Positions 12,082 to 24,620 of a stretch of 64,000 nt of DNA are shown piece by piece. Each line of letters starts with the position of its first letter. Position 1 is the first letter of the stretch. Where the stretch lies: the NCBI RefSeq assembly GCF_964204645.1, contig NC_134030.1, forward strand, positions 5,622,778 to 5,686,777, written 5' to 3'. A program made the translations under genes and the position numbers. The notes beneath the pieces are model-generated. The model made no database searches, was not told the origin of the DNA, and saw only the letters and a list, made by a program, of their open reading frames with translations. This DNA is from Tubulanus polymorphus (Eukaryota; Animalia; Nemertea).

Positions 12082-15000
12082 ATCGAACGATCAACGCGTA
12101 AAATCGTCGTTTGACGCGAAGCGTCGAAAATTTCACTGCCATTTTCGGAGAGAAATATTCTTGAATAACTGCAGCACCTGGTTTATCGTAGGGAGCACTA
12201 TACCGATATGGGTAGTCTAGGGTAGTCCGAAAGGTGTAGTTTGGGGCTCTATATCCTGTGTACAGAACGCAACCCAACCCACGTGATAAAGGAATCCGTC
12301 AGATGGGTTTTAAAATATGTAATATTATCATACTAGTCATAACGCGGTAGATAACCGCGCGAGTTCACTTCTCAGCTTGCACAGCATATTCCTGGGTATG
12401 GTTTACACTTCTGCCCGCTCATTCGGTGCCCGATAATCAGTCGGGGTATATCAAACTCAGTCAGTTATACGATGGACGTATATGTAGGTAAATATAGACA
12501 TGTATTTATTGGTCGCACCCCGTTGTTTTCTTAAAATACAGTGCACACAACGGTTTGATTATAGTAATCACTGACACAAACTTTAGCCCGAATATTGTTT
12601 TGTTTCTAATTGTTTAAGATATTTTCGTTCCGTCATCATTTCACATTTTCTATTATATACTTTACACCGTGTGTGTCGTATAAAACAAATATAATTTGTT
12701 ACCCATGTTATTTGAAATTCAATACGCCCGCTTGTTGTGTATCATCGCATTAAAACTCGTGATTTAAGTAAAATGATAAACCTGTTTCTCCTAATCGGCC
12801 GGGTCATTTTATAAACTGCAATAAAAATTTCTTTGAATTTCTTTAACTGCCGGGTCTGTTCTGGTTAGTTTGATCATGGACTCTATAAAGATTTCGTTTT
12901 AGAGTTTTGCCGGCCTGGTCAACTTTTAAGCTCAGAAATGAGAAACAAGGTATCAATTTTCTAGCCAAAACTTTAACAAAATGTAAGTGAATTAAAGAAT
13001 AAGTTCAATCTTGTGACCAATTGATATGTACATCTTTTAACTCAGGTGCGTGCTTGTTGCATACACGCGACCCCATGCCAACCGACTTGCTTTTTTCAAT
13101 GCTTTGTGTGTATTGTACGTCATACTCTCTAATATTCTTGTATACCAGTCTATCAAACAGGGTTTTTACAAACAGATTTCCCAATATAATTCGGATTCAG
13201 TGGTTCTCCATATAATTCAATAGTCCCCTGGACTGCATCAAAACATTTTTTCACTGTACTGAAACAGCCCACTTGAAAAAAAAACCTTCCTGGATATATT
13301 GGGGAAATTCTATATACATCGGTTCCCGCGAGATTCTCGCGATTATTTTTATGTTTTTCGAGGCTTTTTTGTTATCGTATCGTCGTAAACTTTGTATCTC
13401 CAGTCTTAAAATACAACACAAACAGGGTGCAGCATAACCGTATTTTACAACCTTATATAGAAGTATATTATGTATATATATGTCTGAAGTAAGATTATAT
13501 CAAATTATATATGAATTGTATGTATATGTATATATAAAGGTATTTATTTAAGTGGACGTGTTCATTCTGTACATACGTCATGTACTAAAGTATATGTGTA
13601 TTTCGAATCTTGTCGAAAATTATGTGCGATATGTTGTGTATATAGATTTATACAACATACGACCGGCGATATTTGTATAGAATTTCAGTAATTATGTGAC
13701 AAGCGCTGTCGATGCAACTGTGGCAGCTGCGGATTCCTCCTGTGGCAGCCAAGGATCCACCAGGTGTGCTTGTTTCCGATGCTTAGTATTTTCTTTATTT
13801 CTCGAACAATATTTCTCCTAAATAATGCCAAATACTTTTTTTGTTTAGTCAGCCATTCTTTTAGACACCTTGTTGATAGTGTTTGGATTTGGAGCAAATT
13901 TAAAGTTCGATGTTCGAGGTCTAATGGTGTACTGATGGCTTATCGACTTCTAAGATAAATGACCCGATTCACAAATACCTCGGTTGCCAGAGGAGGAATC
14001 CTTGCTCGCCATGTCGCATACTTATCAATGGTCCTCATTACGGTATCGTGACATTTATTGTCAAGTGCTGCGTTTGCAATCTGGATTTTTAGATTTTGTA
14101 ATACACATTTCTCTATTAAATTCTAATGCGCGTATACCCTGTATCGTTATTGAAAATGTCAATCTAAAGTTTAAACCGAAACGTCGCTGTTTGTATTCCA
14201 CTATAGTATGTTGTGCACTGGGCAACATGACTCCAATAATACGATGGTTTAAAAATGAATAAAATACTGCAAACAAATGTAATTTTCAATTCCTTCTTCT
14301 ATAGGTTTGTACATTCAGTGTGGGGAATGTGCTTCTGCTCCAAAATAAGTATCTATTCGACCATAACATAACATAAAGTTAATTTTGCCAAATTGATGAA
14401 AAAATGTTATCGACTTTGACCAAGGCATCTTAACTGTTGTATTACTTGATTCGGTAAATCAACAGACTTTTCAGTTTTGGTAGACAGTGATGCATGCAGA
14501 CGACTTGTGCCATTGACCCACCGACACCCGGCCAGTAGTAGTTCATTGCGCCACATCGGATGCAGTCGGAGACACGTTTGAAGATCAGGAAGGCAATTTG
14601 ACCAAATGGACAAACGTTGATCCGTTAATCTACGATAATCCTTGGTCAGCAGATGTATCCTGGACCGCGATCCGAAACTGGCATAAATGACTAATATGTT
14701 TGTTCATGCAACTGCATTTATTAGTTGTGTTCGGCGATGATATTAATACACGTCTGTACACAGAACACACTACACACAATATTTGATTAGATATCGCTAA
14801 GTTAGACCATCTGCTCTTCGAATTCAAATTGTATAATTTCATAACAACGATTCAGACGGCCAATTAGGGAATTGGGGAACATGACAGCGAAGTGCGCATC
14901 GTTTTGTCCGTTCCTTTGATCCGCTCCGCGTTGTGCAAGTATACGCCGTATTTTAGATTGGATTAAATCGTAGACCGGGGAATTGCGTTTCATTTATTTT

Positions 15001-16993
15001 AAGTGTTTGTCAAAAATAAGAAATATCTTTCCAGGTCTTGGTATGTTTGGTATATTCGCCACTCGCCATTACCGAATGTATCAATTCGTGTCAGATATAA
15101 CACCGACTTTTATCGACCCGTAGCCGGTATAACTTGAAACTACAGAAAAAAATGCACAGCGTATTAATGTTTGGTTTTGCTGTAAGTTTCCCTCAATAGC
15201 ATGGAAATAAACATATATCATTTTTCAAATCAGATATAATACATACATACATATATATACATTATTTGAACAGTAGCACAATTACAAACATGACCGTTAT
15301 TCCTTCGTTTCTGAAATGTTTGAATAAAGTGTGAATGGCCTCATTAATCACTAATTCAGTTTAGTGTGTCGTGTAAAAAGCCCGGTTGCTTTTCTTCCCT
15401 AAATACTCGCGTACAAAGCATATGGTAACCTAACCTGGCTTGTGTTATCCCGCTCAGTTACAATACTTCACTATAGTATCCAGTTGAATAGCGGCGCTCT
15501 TGGATCTGTCTGAGAACCTCTTGTTCTTGTCAGTCAAGCACTGATAAACTTTCAACCGAACTTTCGCAACAGCCATCAGGAACGTTCACACACAAGGCTG
15601 TCAAAATCGTTCGTCTTCGTGTATACAGGGGGCGACACCATCTGAGTCGGAAAAATATACGTAACATTTACGGGTTTCCAAACTCGCTGGTCATTATGTA
15701 GTGATGCTATGTATTTAATAGTCTACAGCATGTAATCACATTTCTTCAAAAATTACCAACAGCCGGGATCAAAGTCGTCTGTTCGTATAAAATTAATTGA
15801 TTACGTTGTTATTAAAAGCTGCAGTTTTTGTAGCTAAATTGAAGCTGATTTCTAGAATAACCGCTGACACAGTGTGTAAAGGTCGTGCGGCGAACACTAA
15901 ATATTTGAGGGTCATTTCTCTCCGTAATTACGACAAATTTTCATCGCATAATTAGCTATGCAAGTGCCCGTCAAAACAAACCGATCAAAAAAGCCGCGTG
16001 TCGGATTTTTAAAACTATATATCACATAAAAGAACCGCTATAATTACATGATCTAATTACCAGACCTAAGCCTAGAGTCAATAGATGGAAATGGTGCGAT
16101 AACCAAAATTACGAATAGGCTCAGGCCTATGATACATTCCGACGTATCTTGGAATATATTTTAACCCAGTTATTGTGTCAGATCTTGTAGAACCGTGAGG
16201 AATATTCAAGTAGGCTTTTGCTCATCGTCACTTTGTCATGGCCTCGGTAGTCGCCTCTCGTTAAAGTGTTGGCGTGAGTTTCTACATGAGCAACCAGGAC
16301 CCGGCAAGCAAGAGTGCGCTATGGTCTTCGATGGGATATTTGAATTGTTCCCTTTCGCAGGAGCGACCAGTAGCTGGCAAGCGAGGATGCGCTGTGGTCT
16401 TCGATTCGTATTGTTCCCTTTCGAGTAATTCACATGGACATACGTGACACGAATTTCACAGATGACTACGGGCCAGACGTCTTTGAGTTTTCATATTTTT
16501 TAATTGTTCGAAAGAAAATCATTAGACTACGTGTCGCGTTGTGTTTACGCGTTTTCAAATCTGTATTTTTTTTCTTTCGGCATCATTAGAAAAAAACCTT
16601 TTTTTCTACTTCGTGTTTATCCTGACGCAGTCAAATGAGACATGACCTATTCAGCGCAATCGATTCATTGGATGACATTGACGTGATTAGCATAACTTTG
16701 ATGTTGCCGCCAGTGGCGCCGCGCTAAAGGGGTTGCGGAATACTCGAAACGGCGACGCGCCGTCACAGAAGTCAAGTAAACCTGGGAATATTTGGGAACG
16801 CGTGGCTTCAGTTCAATCCGTAATCATTCAAAATTCGAACCTTTTTGAATTATTTTCAATTATCTAGATAGTAGGGCTTAGATTTCCGTCATGATGTGAA
16901 ACCGCGCTCGAGTTTGAGCATGGACCTAATGCCTATCGGCTACACGTATACTTTATATCGGACGTAAAAAAATTTTGCGTAGAAATTGGTCGT

Positions 16994-17145
16994 CTCAGTT
17001 AACAAGTAAAAACCCACAGTTCATTTTAGAATAGCATTTTGGTTTCTCTGATGGTGGAGTTTAGATAAACAAACGAAACTGTCAATAAAATCAAGACAAT
17101 AAACGCTTGATTATCAACTGTGGGTTTTTATTTGTTAAATCTGAG
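16994..17145. mobile_element. Fold-back element with degenerate hammerhead-like core (family B)
   Basis: Inverted ends ttaacaagtaaaaacccacagtt / aactgtgggtttttatttgttaa; internal CTGATGG...CGAAACTGTC-AATAAA; ends resemble 49744-49876. Confidence 0.5.
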
Positions 17146-19487
17146 TTTAATATCAGTTTTCCAGTAATGTTCATCTCTGTATTAAGAATTGATTGTTAAA
17201 TATTACTACTACATGTAGCAGAGACTATCTTATTGGTTTTTAGGTTTTTATGTCACGGACTCGTATTAGCATCCACGATTTTGTGTGTGGACAATGTTTT
17301 TCAATATCCCAACACTCAGAAACGGTACAGCAGTGAATGAAAGCAATCCTTTGGATTAATCATTAAGGTGTTTTAATGAAAGTTGCGGTATCTGAAGATA
17401 TCGACGATGATTATTTACAGAGCTAACTCGGCAGGTTCTAGCGCCGCTTAACATTTGTACATATCAAAAGGCCGACAGCGCGTTAAAATCACATACCATG
17501 GAACACCATCCCGTACAAACCTTGCGAGATAACAACACGGATTCTCTCGACATACACAATAAGTTTGTAAACATGCCCCGAGACGGTCGACATCAAACAG
17601 CGCCGACATCAACATATTCTCACGCCAAGCTACTTGTGGTGCCACGGTTTGGTAGAATCCAGAACTAAATCCCGAGCTCGGCTTAATTTGAATCCTTCGA
17701 GATATATGTTGGTTGTACATCTCGCATGGGTCATACTTACGATTTCCTGAGGTCAGGGATGGCTAAATATTTTTGGCAAACATTTGCCCATGCCTTGAAA
17801 TAGTGACCTGTCTAGGCCTAGGGATGTTACCATCTAGGCCTATCTTATATTCACAATTTGATCAAGCGTTGTACACGCAAACATTGATTTTCACATTCGA
17901 GAAGAATTCACTTTTGTTACGTAGAAAGTATTCGAATATGTATTCCATTAATTGCGGATCCACGCTTAGGTTGAGTACTCCAAGATCCACTGAGAGTATT
18001 TTCCAAAGCGATTTTGATAAACACGAGCAGCGCTTTATTCCCAGTTTGATATTCCACAGTTCACTTACTGATATCCATCGAGCACGGTGCGCAAAACATA
18101 ACTGTCTGAAATATCCGACAGGTTCATTTTATATCCGCTATAGGACCATTAAACACATAAAACTGGCGTCTTTATTTACATAAATAAGTTTTAGAACTTT
18201 CACTCGTATAAAAATTGTACGGGGACGTGACCACGTCCTTTCATTGGCCGGCAGCGATATACTTTGAGTGACGTAGACGGTTTGAATGTATTTGCGTACA
18301 TAATGAGAGAAGCGCGCGGCTGTAATGTTGTTACACTTTCAGCTTGCACAGAAAAGTTATCTTTAGGTTTTTAACTAATGTCTACAAATCAACGTTGATA
18401 GAAACGTATCCGCTCTATTTAAGATACCAACACGTAATCTTTGCTTGCTGAAATAAGGACTCGATGGGTGCTTCTTCGCGTTTCTGCTACAACGAGGGTG
18501 GGATTTGGTATGCTAATATGCTAATAAGATTACGACGTCATCATCCCGCTATTATTAGTCATCAATAACTGTCGATTAGACAACGCTTTGAAGTTTGCCG
18601 AATTTACGACTGCGAGTGCTTGTAGGTCATTATTAATGACGCCTTTGTGTATAAGGCCATGCAAGTTTAGAATTCAGTTTAGTATTCAATCCAATGACAT
18701 CGTTTCCAACATTTCGACGGAATTCTCTTGATGGAAAAACCGTTTTTTTTAAATCCGAAACACACACAACGTCCCCTCTCCAACTGTCCTTTTGTAGAAT
18801 ATATACAAATGGCCCTAATTTGTTACACCCAACAAGCGTTCACGATCTTCGACGCGAATCTTTGTTAATTGTCGTGGCCTTGGAGGATGATTAACGAGGA
18901 TGGGTGCTGAGTACTTCCTTTGAAGTTGCCGATGGCTTTATCCAGAAGTTGACCGCCATCACTCTGCCCATGAGGTCCATGCTCTGACTCAACCTATCAT
19001 GGACTTTTTTATAAAGAAATTGAATTTTCCAATGTCATTGTTTTTGCGTGAAAACCATTAAAAACTAGTACATATTATTTTGGCGGCTCACACAAATCCT
19101 CCGTGAGTTGTGAGAAAATTACTTGTGTATGACATATAACCAAAATTCAAAGTGAAAACGTTTCGCAAAACCAAGGTTCAGGTTAGTTCTTTAAATACTG
19201 GTAGAGAGATCGAGTGGCAGCACAGTCTGATTGTAGCACAGTCGTTTCTGAAGATCCTCCCACACGAGGCGGGTCAGATTAGTTCACCAGTTATCCAGCG
19301 ACTTATTGGCAGCACGATCGAGTAACATGGTTGTCAATATTTAAAGGTTGGTTCGAATCCCTAGAACCATATACGGTATGTATTACGACGTATATCGTAA
19401 GCGTCTTGCAAGATGATTTCACATTCATTAACTTTTTGAAAAATAAAATTACCAAAATTTCGGTAAAAAGAACTGTACAATCTTCGC

Positions 19488-19555
19488 CACCCTCGATGGG
19501 ATTCGAACCCACAGCCTCCAGAAGTCCAGCGCGCTATCCGTTGCGCCACGAGGGC
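19488..19555 (-). pseudogene. tRNA-Arg(UCU)-like gene lacking 5 nt of the 3' anticodon arm
   Basis: GCCCTCG TG GCGC AACGGATA GCGC G CTGGA CT TCT GG AGGCT GTGGG TTCGAAT CCCAT CGAGGGT G. Acceptor, D and T arms pair; A and B boxes intact; T5 terminator at 19465-19469; 68 nt instead of 73. Confidence 0.8.
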
Positions 19556-19670
19556 TCATGCGCGTTATTTTGCGAGTGACCAAAAACTTGGTCAATATAA
19601 TTCCCAATACCGATAATCCTGAAGGTTGCCAATGTCCAGGTTAACTGAATGAACACTGTAGTCGGCAGTT

Positions 19671-20204
19671 AGGGGCGGATCCAGAGCGAAGTTCACGCGA
19701 AGGGCAGTAAACCTTTGGACGATTTAAGGAATTTAGAGCCATTCTGTAGGGTTTTGGAGGTGTACCCATATTTTTGACACCATGTAAACTCCGATCCCTC
19801 ATCACCATTATTCGACTTGCGTTACTGAATGACTGCAAGTGCCTCGCATGTGTTTGTGACATAAAATTGCCATATACCCATATTCTTTTATCATGCTCTC
19901 GTACCCATATCATCGTTTATCAGTCACCCAAGTTTTGATCGTTTGTCCCTCCCAGTTATGGGTTTTAACGTCTTTTGCCCGTCACACCCAATACACGGTT
20001 TCAACATCGTGGCCTCCATCCATATGACTGCATTGGTGGATGATGTTACCCTTCACACCGATCTATACCCTTCTGATCTCGGGTAAATGTGCCCTGAATG
20101 GCACATGTGCAATGAATCCCTTACAGAATGAGTAGCTATTGACGAACGTAGGCCATCTCAACGGTGTTCTGGGAACCCTAGAACAACCCCTGGATCCGCA
20201 CCCT
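19671..20204. mobile_element. Possible non-autonomous DNA transposon with GCGGATCCAG terminal inverted repeats
   Basis: aggggcggatccag at the left end and ctggatccgcaccct at the right end; no clear TSD. Confidence 0.35.
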
Positions 20205-20784
20205 ACCTGAATGATTGTTTGGGGCTGTTGTTGAGCTAGGCCTGATGATCTTTGAGTAGCCCAGGATCGGAGACAAGAACCTTCATGCGGCGACCTAGGA
20301 GGCCCAATACGGAACCAAGTCTCATTAAAGAAACGTAACGGGCCGGGGAACATGAAGATGGAAATTGAATGGGATGTCCAGTGAACGGGCCCGGCTGCGG
20401 CGCTATATATCACCTACTCGTTCGGTTTAGTGAAGTTAGTGATCTGTAGAAGCGGAGAGATGGCGGGTGAGGATTTGAATCTAGCCTACAACAAAATTAA
20501 AAACTGAACGAACTATTTCAATTTCACACATGATACACATACAAAGTAACACATTTTCGATGGAACAAATGCCGTGGACATGGTCTGGTCACGCCGACAC
20601 GTGGACTGAATGAACAATCAGGCGTTTAACGCATCAATTATTAGCCATAATCTATAAACAGATGATACGTGTTCCCATCGAGTTCAAAAAATATATTAAG
20701 TACCATAAACCAAAACCGATCGCTCATTTCTCGCAAAATACAGCGTCGAACTGTCGTGTTGTCGATCAACACAGTGAAGAAAAC

Positions 20785-21737
20785 ATGAATAAAGTTGCTA
20801 TTGTTGTTCTTGTTCTCGGTAGGTAAAAGCTATCAAAGAATAACAGTTTCATGTATAAGGCTTACTTACGTATTTGAAACATACTGTATATAATATTTCA
20901 TTTTTAAGATATTCAACGTTATTACTAATTAGTAGTAGCTTAAATGAGGGGATTGATTCGTGATTTACTGCAACAACGTTTTTCTTTTTCTTCCCCACTA
21001 TTCGTGTTAGGCAAATTTTTGACTATTTAGCAATAAGTTTGAATAAGTGTCTGAACATTGTCAAATTTGATATTTCAGGGTGCTACCACCAAGCGGTGAT
21101 AGCCCAATCTTCTTCCTACGTAGGTTCCAACGGTAGCTACGGAGGATCAGATAGCTACGTTACATCTGGTAGCTATGGCGGGTCAGACAGTTATGATTCC
21201 ACTGGTAGCTACGGAGGATCAAATAGTTACGTTACATCAGGTAGCTATGGAGGATCAGACAGCTATGATACAACTGGTAGTTATGGAGGATCAGATAGCT
21301 ACGTTACATCTGGTAGCTATGGCGGGTCAGATACAGATACAGCTGGCAACTATGGAGGATCAGACAGCTACGTAAGTTCCTACGATACCACTGGTAGCTA
21401 TGGCGGATCAGATAACTACGTTACATGTGGTAGCTATGGCGGGTCAGATACAGATACAGCTGGCAGCTATGGAGGATCTGATAGCTACGTAAGTTCCTAC
21501 GATACCACTGGTAGCAATGGAGGATCTGATAGCTACGTAAGTTCCTACGATACCACTGGTAGCTATGGCGGATCAGATAACTACGTTACATCTGGTAGCT
21601 ATGGCGGGTCAGATACTGCTGGCAGCTATGGAGGTTCAGATAGCTACGTAAGTTCATACGATACAAATGATAGCTATGGAGGGTCAAATAGCTACGTTAC
21701 GAGCGGTAGCTACGGAAGATCAGCTAGCTCAGTTTAG
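20785..21737 (+). CDS. Secreted Gly/Ser/Tyr/Asp-rich tandem-repeat protein (about 230 aa, 2 exons)
   Basis: Exon 1 20785-20818 (MNKVAIVVLVL-G, donor gtaggt); exon 2 21079-21737 (acceptor tttcag, phase 1). Signal-peptide-like MNKVAIVVLVLGCYHQAVIA followed by about 16 GSYGGSD-type units; AATAAA at 21830-21835. Confidence 0.85.
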
Positions 21738-23446
21738 GAGGCAGCTATATATGAATGACTTGAAACAAAATGATGCACTTACTTTGTTCTTGAAATATTT
21801 TGGGATTTTAATGTGACCTACATATCCGAAATAAATTCAATCATTTATCAGCAGCAAATATATTGAATCTTCAAATTCTCGCATATCAGTCGTGATAATT
21901 GATTTACTTTGTTCAAAAGGTGTAAAGGTGCACATACGTACACGAATTGCCCAAGACCAGCAAAAACTTTGAAATCCATCAAAGAATGGAATTTGATATG
22001 AAATTCTTTATCTTGAAATGCCAGTTTCGGTTTAACGTACGACTGATGATACAAAGAAACGACAATGACTTTAAATTAAAACAAAAAAATCTATAATTCT
22101 GATTGCCTGATCACACTTTACACGAACTGAAAGTGAAACGTTTTCAGTGGCCACATGTGCAACACTCCTGCGTTCGTCACATCACGGTGATCATCCCTAT
22201 GGTTTTTAAGTACTGATGCGAGGACCCAGTAATGTCACGCAAGTGTACACACGCCTCGGCTGATTAAATACACAACAAACAAGTGCGATGGGTCCAAGGG
22301 AGGTGCGAGAAAGCCTTTTCAAAAGTGTCCACGTTTTCACTGGCAACTGCTGTGTAAACGAATCACTGAACAATAACTCACTTATGGGTTCAACGATTTC
22401 TTGTTTCACGGACCATGAGAAAATATGGCAAATGCCACATTTGCACCGATGCTATGCTAGAGGGACACGATGCTAGATAATCTAAAACAATAATCTTTAT
22501 TTGCATAACGTAAAATGAAAATGTTTTACGATCAGTTGCAACATATATATTCAAAATAAAAAAAGAAACAAAGGAAAAGAAAACGAAGAAAGAAAAAATT
22601 TGGACAACAGATGAGATTGGGGAGTTATGGTGTTTTATAATATGTCTGAATACGGATATTCTGACAAGTTGCAGATTTGATCGAACCTGGTGCCCCTGAA
22701 GTCGATAGCCTATCATGCCTACGCAGAAAAGTTATACAGCATAAATCACGATTGTTCGGTAATTTTGATAGTCATGTCTGTGCAAAAAGGCTATTGTGCG
22801 AATAAAGCGAACACGCCCAATACGTGTTACTCAGTATTTCTGAAATAATGCAAACCGCAGTTAAATTACGAAAATCCATTTAAAACAGGTCCGGGCCAAA
22901 TTCTCGTATGGACTCATATGCCGGTCAATCGGATTCCTGTTCAATGAAAGTGTGTTCAAAGTCACATGGAAAAACCTCCGAATCGGACAGATCACACGAA
23001 CAACGTAATGGAAAATCACCTTTACTGATCTAATGGTGCGCGCTTGAGTAATGTACTTTATCTTTTTTTTGGAAAATGTTACAACTTAAAAATCGAGCTG
23101 TAGTTTATAACTGAAGTGGATGCGACCTCGAAGCTATACGTATAAACACAAAACCATCACCGCATTCTGTAAGTATGAATGAAAATCGAGTTCTTTTTCG
23201 TCATTTGAATTTTGAATAAATGAAAGAAAAACAGTGAAATCGCGATAACTATCAGTACCCACGTGACAGAAGCGCAATGTCCGTGTTCGATAATCCTGAT
23301 TATTCGCTGTCATTTGTCAAATTTATCTCATTTATACCGATGACAGGTGACACAACTATACATTTTTGATATATCAATTTTAAATGGTTAAATACTTATG
23401 AATGAAGACTATTTATGCAACTCTAATTACAGCAAATGCCTAAAAA

Positions 23447-24262
23447 ATGACTGTGGAGCCGCAACAAGACACGAAAACATTGGACGTCGGTTCCGCTCTA
23501 TTCAAAGTGGTCGGTTCGCTTCAAGTCATCTGCGCATGTTGCCTCGCTATTCAGACAATTATCGAAACTGTCCGATTCTTCGGCAATCCATTTCATTACG
23601 GCATTTGGGCCGGTTTCTTCTTTGCGCTAGCGGGATTCTCGACGATCTGGGCCGGGAAAACGTCAACGAAAAGCGCCGTTCATATATGTATCGGAGGGAC
23701 GATAACGGCGATGATAATGGGTGTGTTTTCCGTCTGTTCGGCTGCAATTCTTCTGCACAGGTATTTCACTCTTAATATTATCAGTCTATTCGTTGTATGG
23801 GCTTGAAATGCTAATCAGAAAACAGTTCGTAAGCTTCAGGTCCAAAATTATGTCTAACCTCGAGAGTTAATAGTCTTTAGTTGGAAGTTAGAACCAAAAT
23901 GGACTCGACTTGAAATAGAGATTGGACCTGCGTATGATTGATTCGATTTGGTGTTCCTATAGCCTGTGGTCTCAAACGTTGTCAAAGACGATGTTATCTT
24001 TTGCAGATATTTCTACAAAGACGTTATATGTGGCGACTTACCCGATGAGAACTTTGATTGGTACAACGTTATCTGCGTGGATCCCAATAATACAAATTCA
24101 ACCGCTATGGCCATTCTTTATGGCTTGGACTTGTTCTTCAGTGTTTCGGAATTGTTACTGGCTATAGGTATCAGTTTGAAGTGTTTCTTTGTGCTAAATC
24201 CGATAAGGCCCAAAACAGAAGAGCATCAACATTTGATTGCAATGAAATCGCTCGTAAAGTAG
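23447..24262 (+). CDS. MS4A/CD20-like four-transmembrane protein
   Basis: Exon 23447-23760 gives three hydrophobic segments with YGIWAGFFF (MS4A-like W-x-G). Exon 23963-24262 gives a Cys-containing loop and a fourth segment LDLFFSVSELLLAIGISL. The phases of the two exons do not match directly (see findings). Confidence 0.6.
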
Positions 24263-24310
24263 TGTAAAAGATGCTTCAAAGTGAATGTCGAAGATCTGAT
24301 TCGGTAGAAT

Positions 24311-24620
24311 GGGCCATTCATATAATATAACACACGAGCATTTTTGAACCGGGAAAAATGAATACGGTCCGTGCCAAATATTTGTGAAAGGTTGACCCGA
24401 GCCTAATATTAGGCTCGGGTCAACCTTTCACATTGGCGCCTATATTGGACTCGCATCTGTTTGACACGGACCAGATTTGACCAAGCACGTCGGACCAGCT
24501 GGCTGCGTCAAATTGTGTAAATGGTCCTGGATCGACATTGTTTTCAATATCGAGTCAGTGGTTAACGTGTGACCAAATTTGACTAGTGTCTGATCTGGGC
24601 GAGATCGTGTAGAACAGAAA
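24311..24620. mobile_element. MITE-like remnant containing a perfect 50-bp palindrome (24383-24432)
   Basis: tgtgaaaggttgacccgagcctaat|attaggctcgggtcaacctttcaca; flanking motifs shared with 5185-5410; outer boundaries approximate. Confidence 0.5.

Noticed and set aside
14135-14160. TACCCTGTA, matching the 5' end of miR-10/miR-993
   Set aside because: The rest of the mature sequence does not match and no complementary arm for a pre-miRNA hairpin is visible.
20238-20280. CTGATGA...GGATCGGAGAC as another hammerhead
   Set aside because: GAAA is absent and there is no stem I or III pairing.
21039-21078. ORF-track N-terminus (MNKCLNIVKFDIS) of the repeat protein
   Set aside because: It starts at a TTG inside the intron; the ATG exon at 20785 gives a proper signal peptide.
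21120-21720. Regular repeats resembling a CRISPR array or a neuropeptide precursor
   Set aside because: The repeats are codon-phased coding units with synonymous variation and no unique spacers; there are no dibasic cleavage sites.
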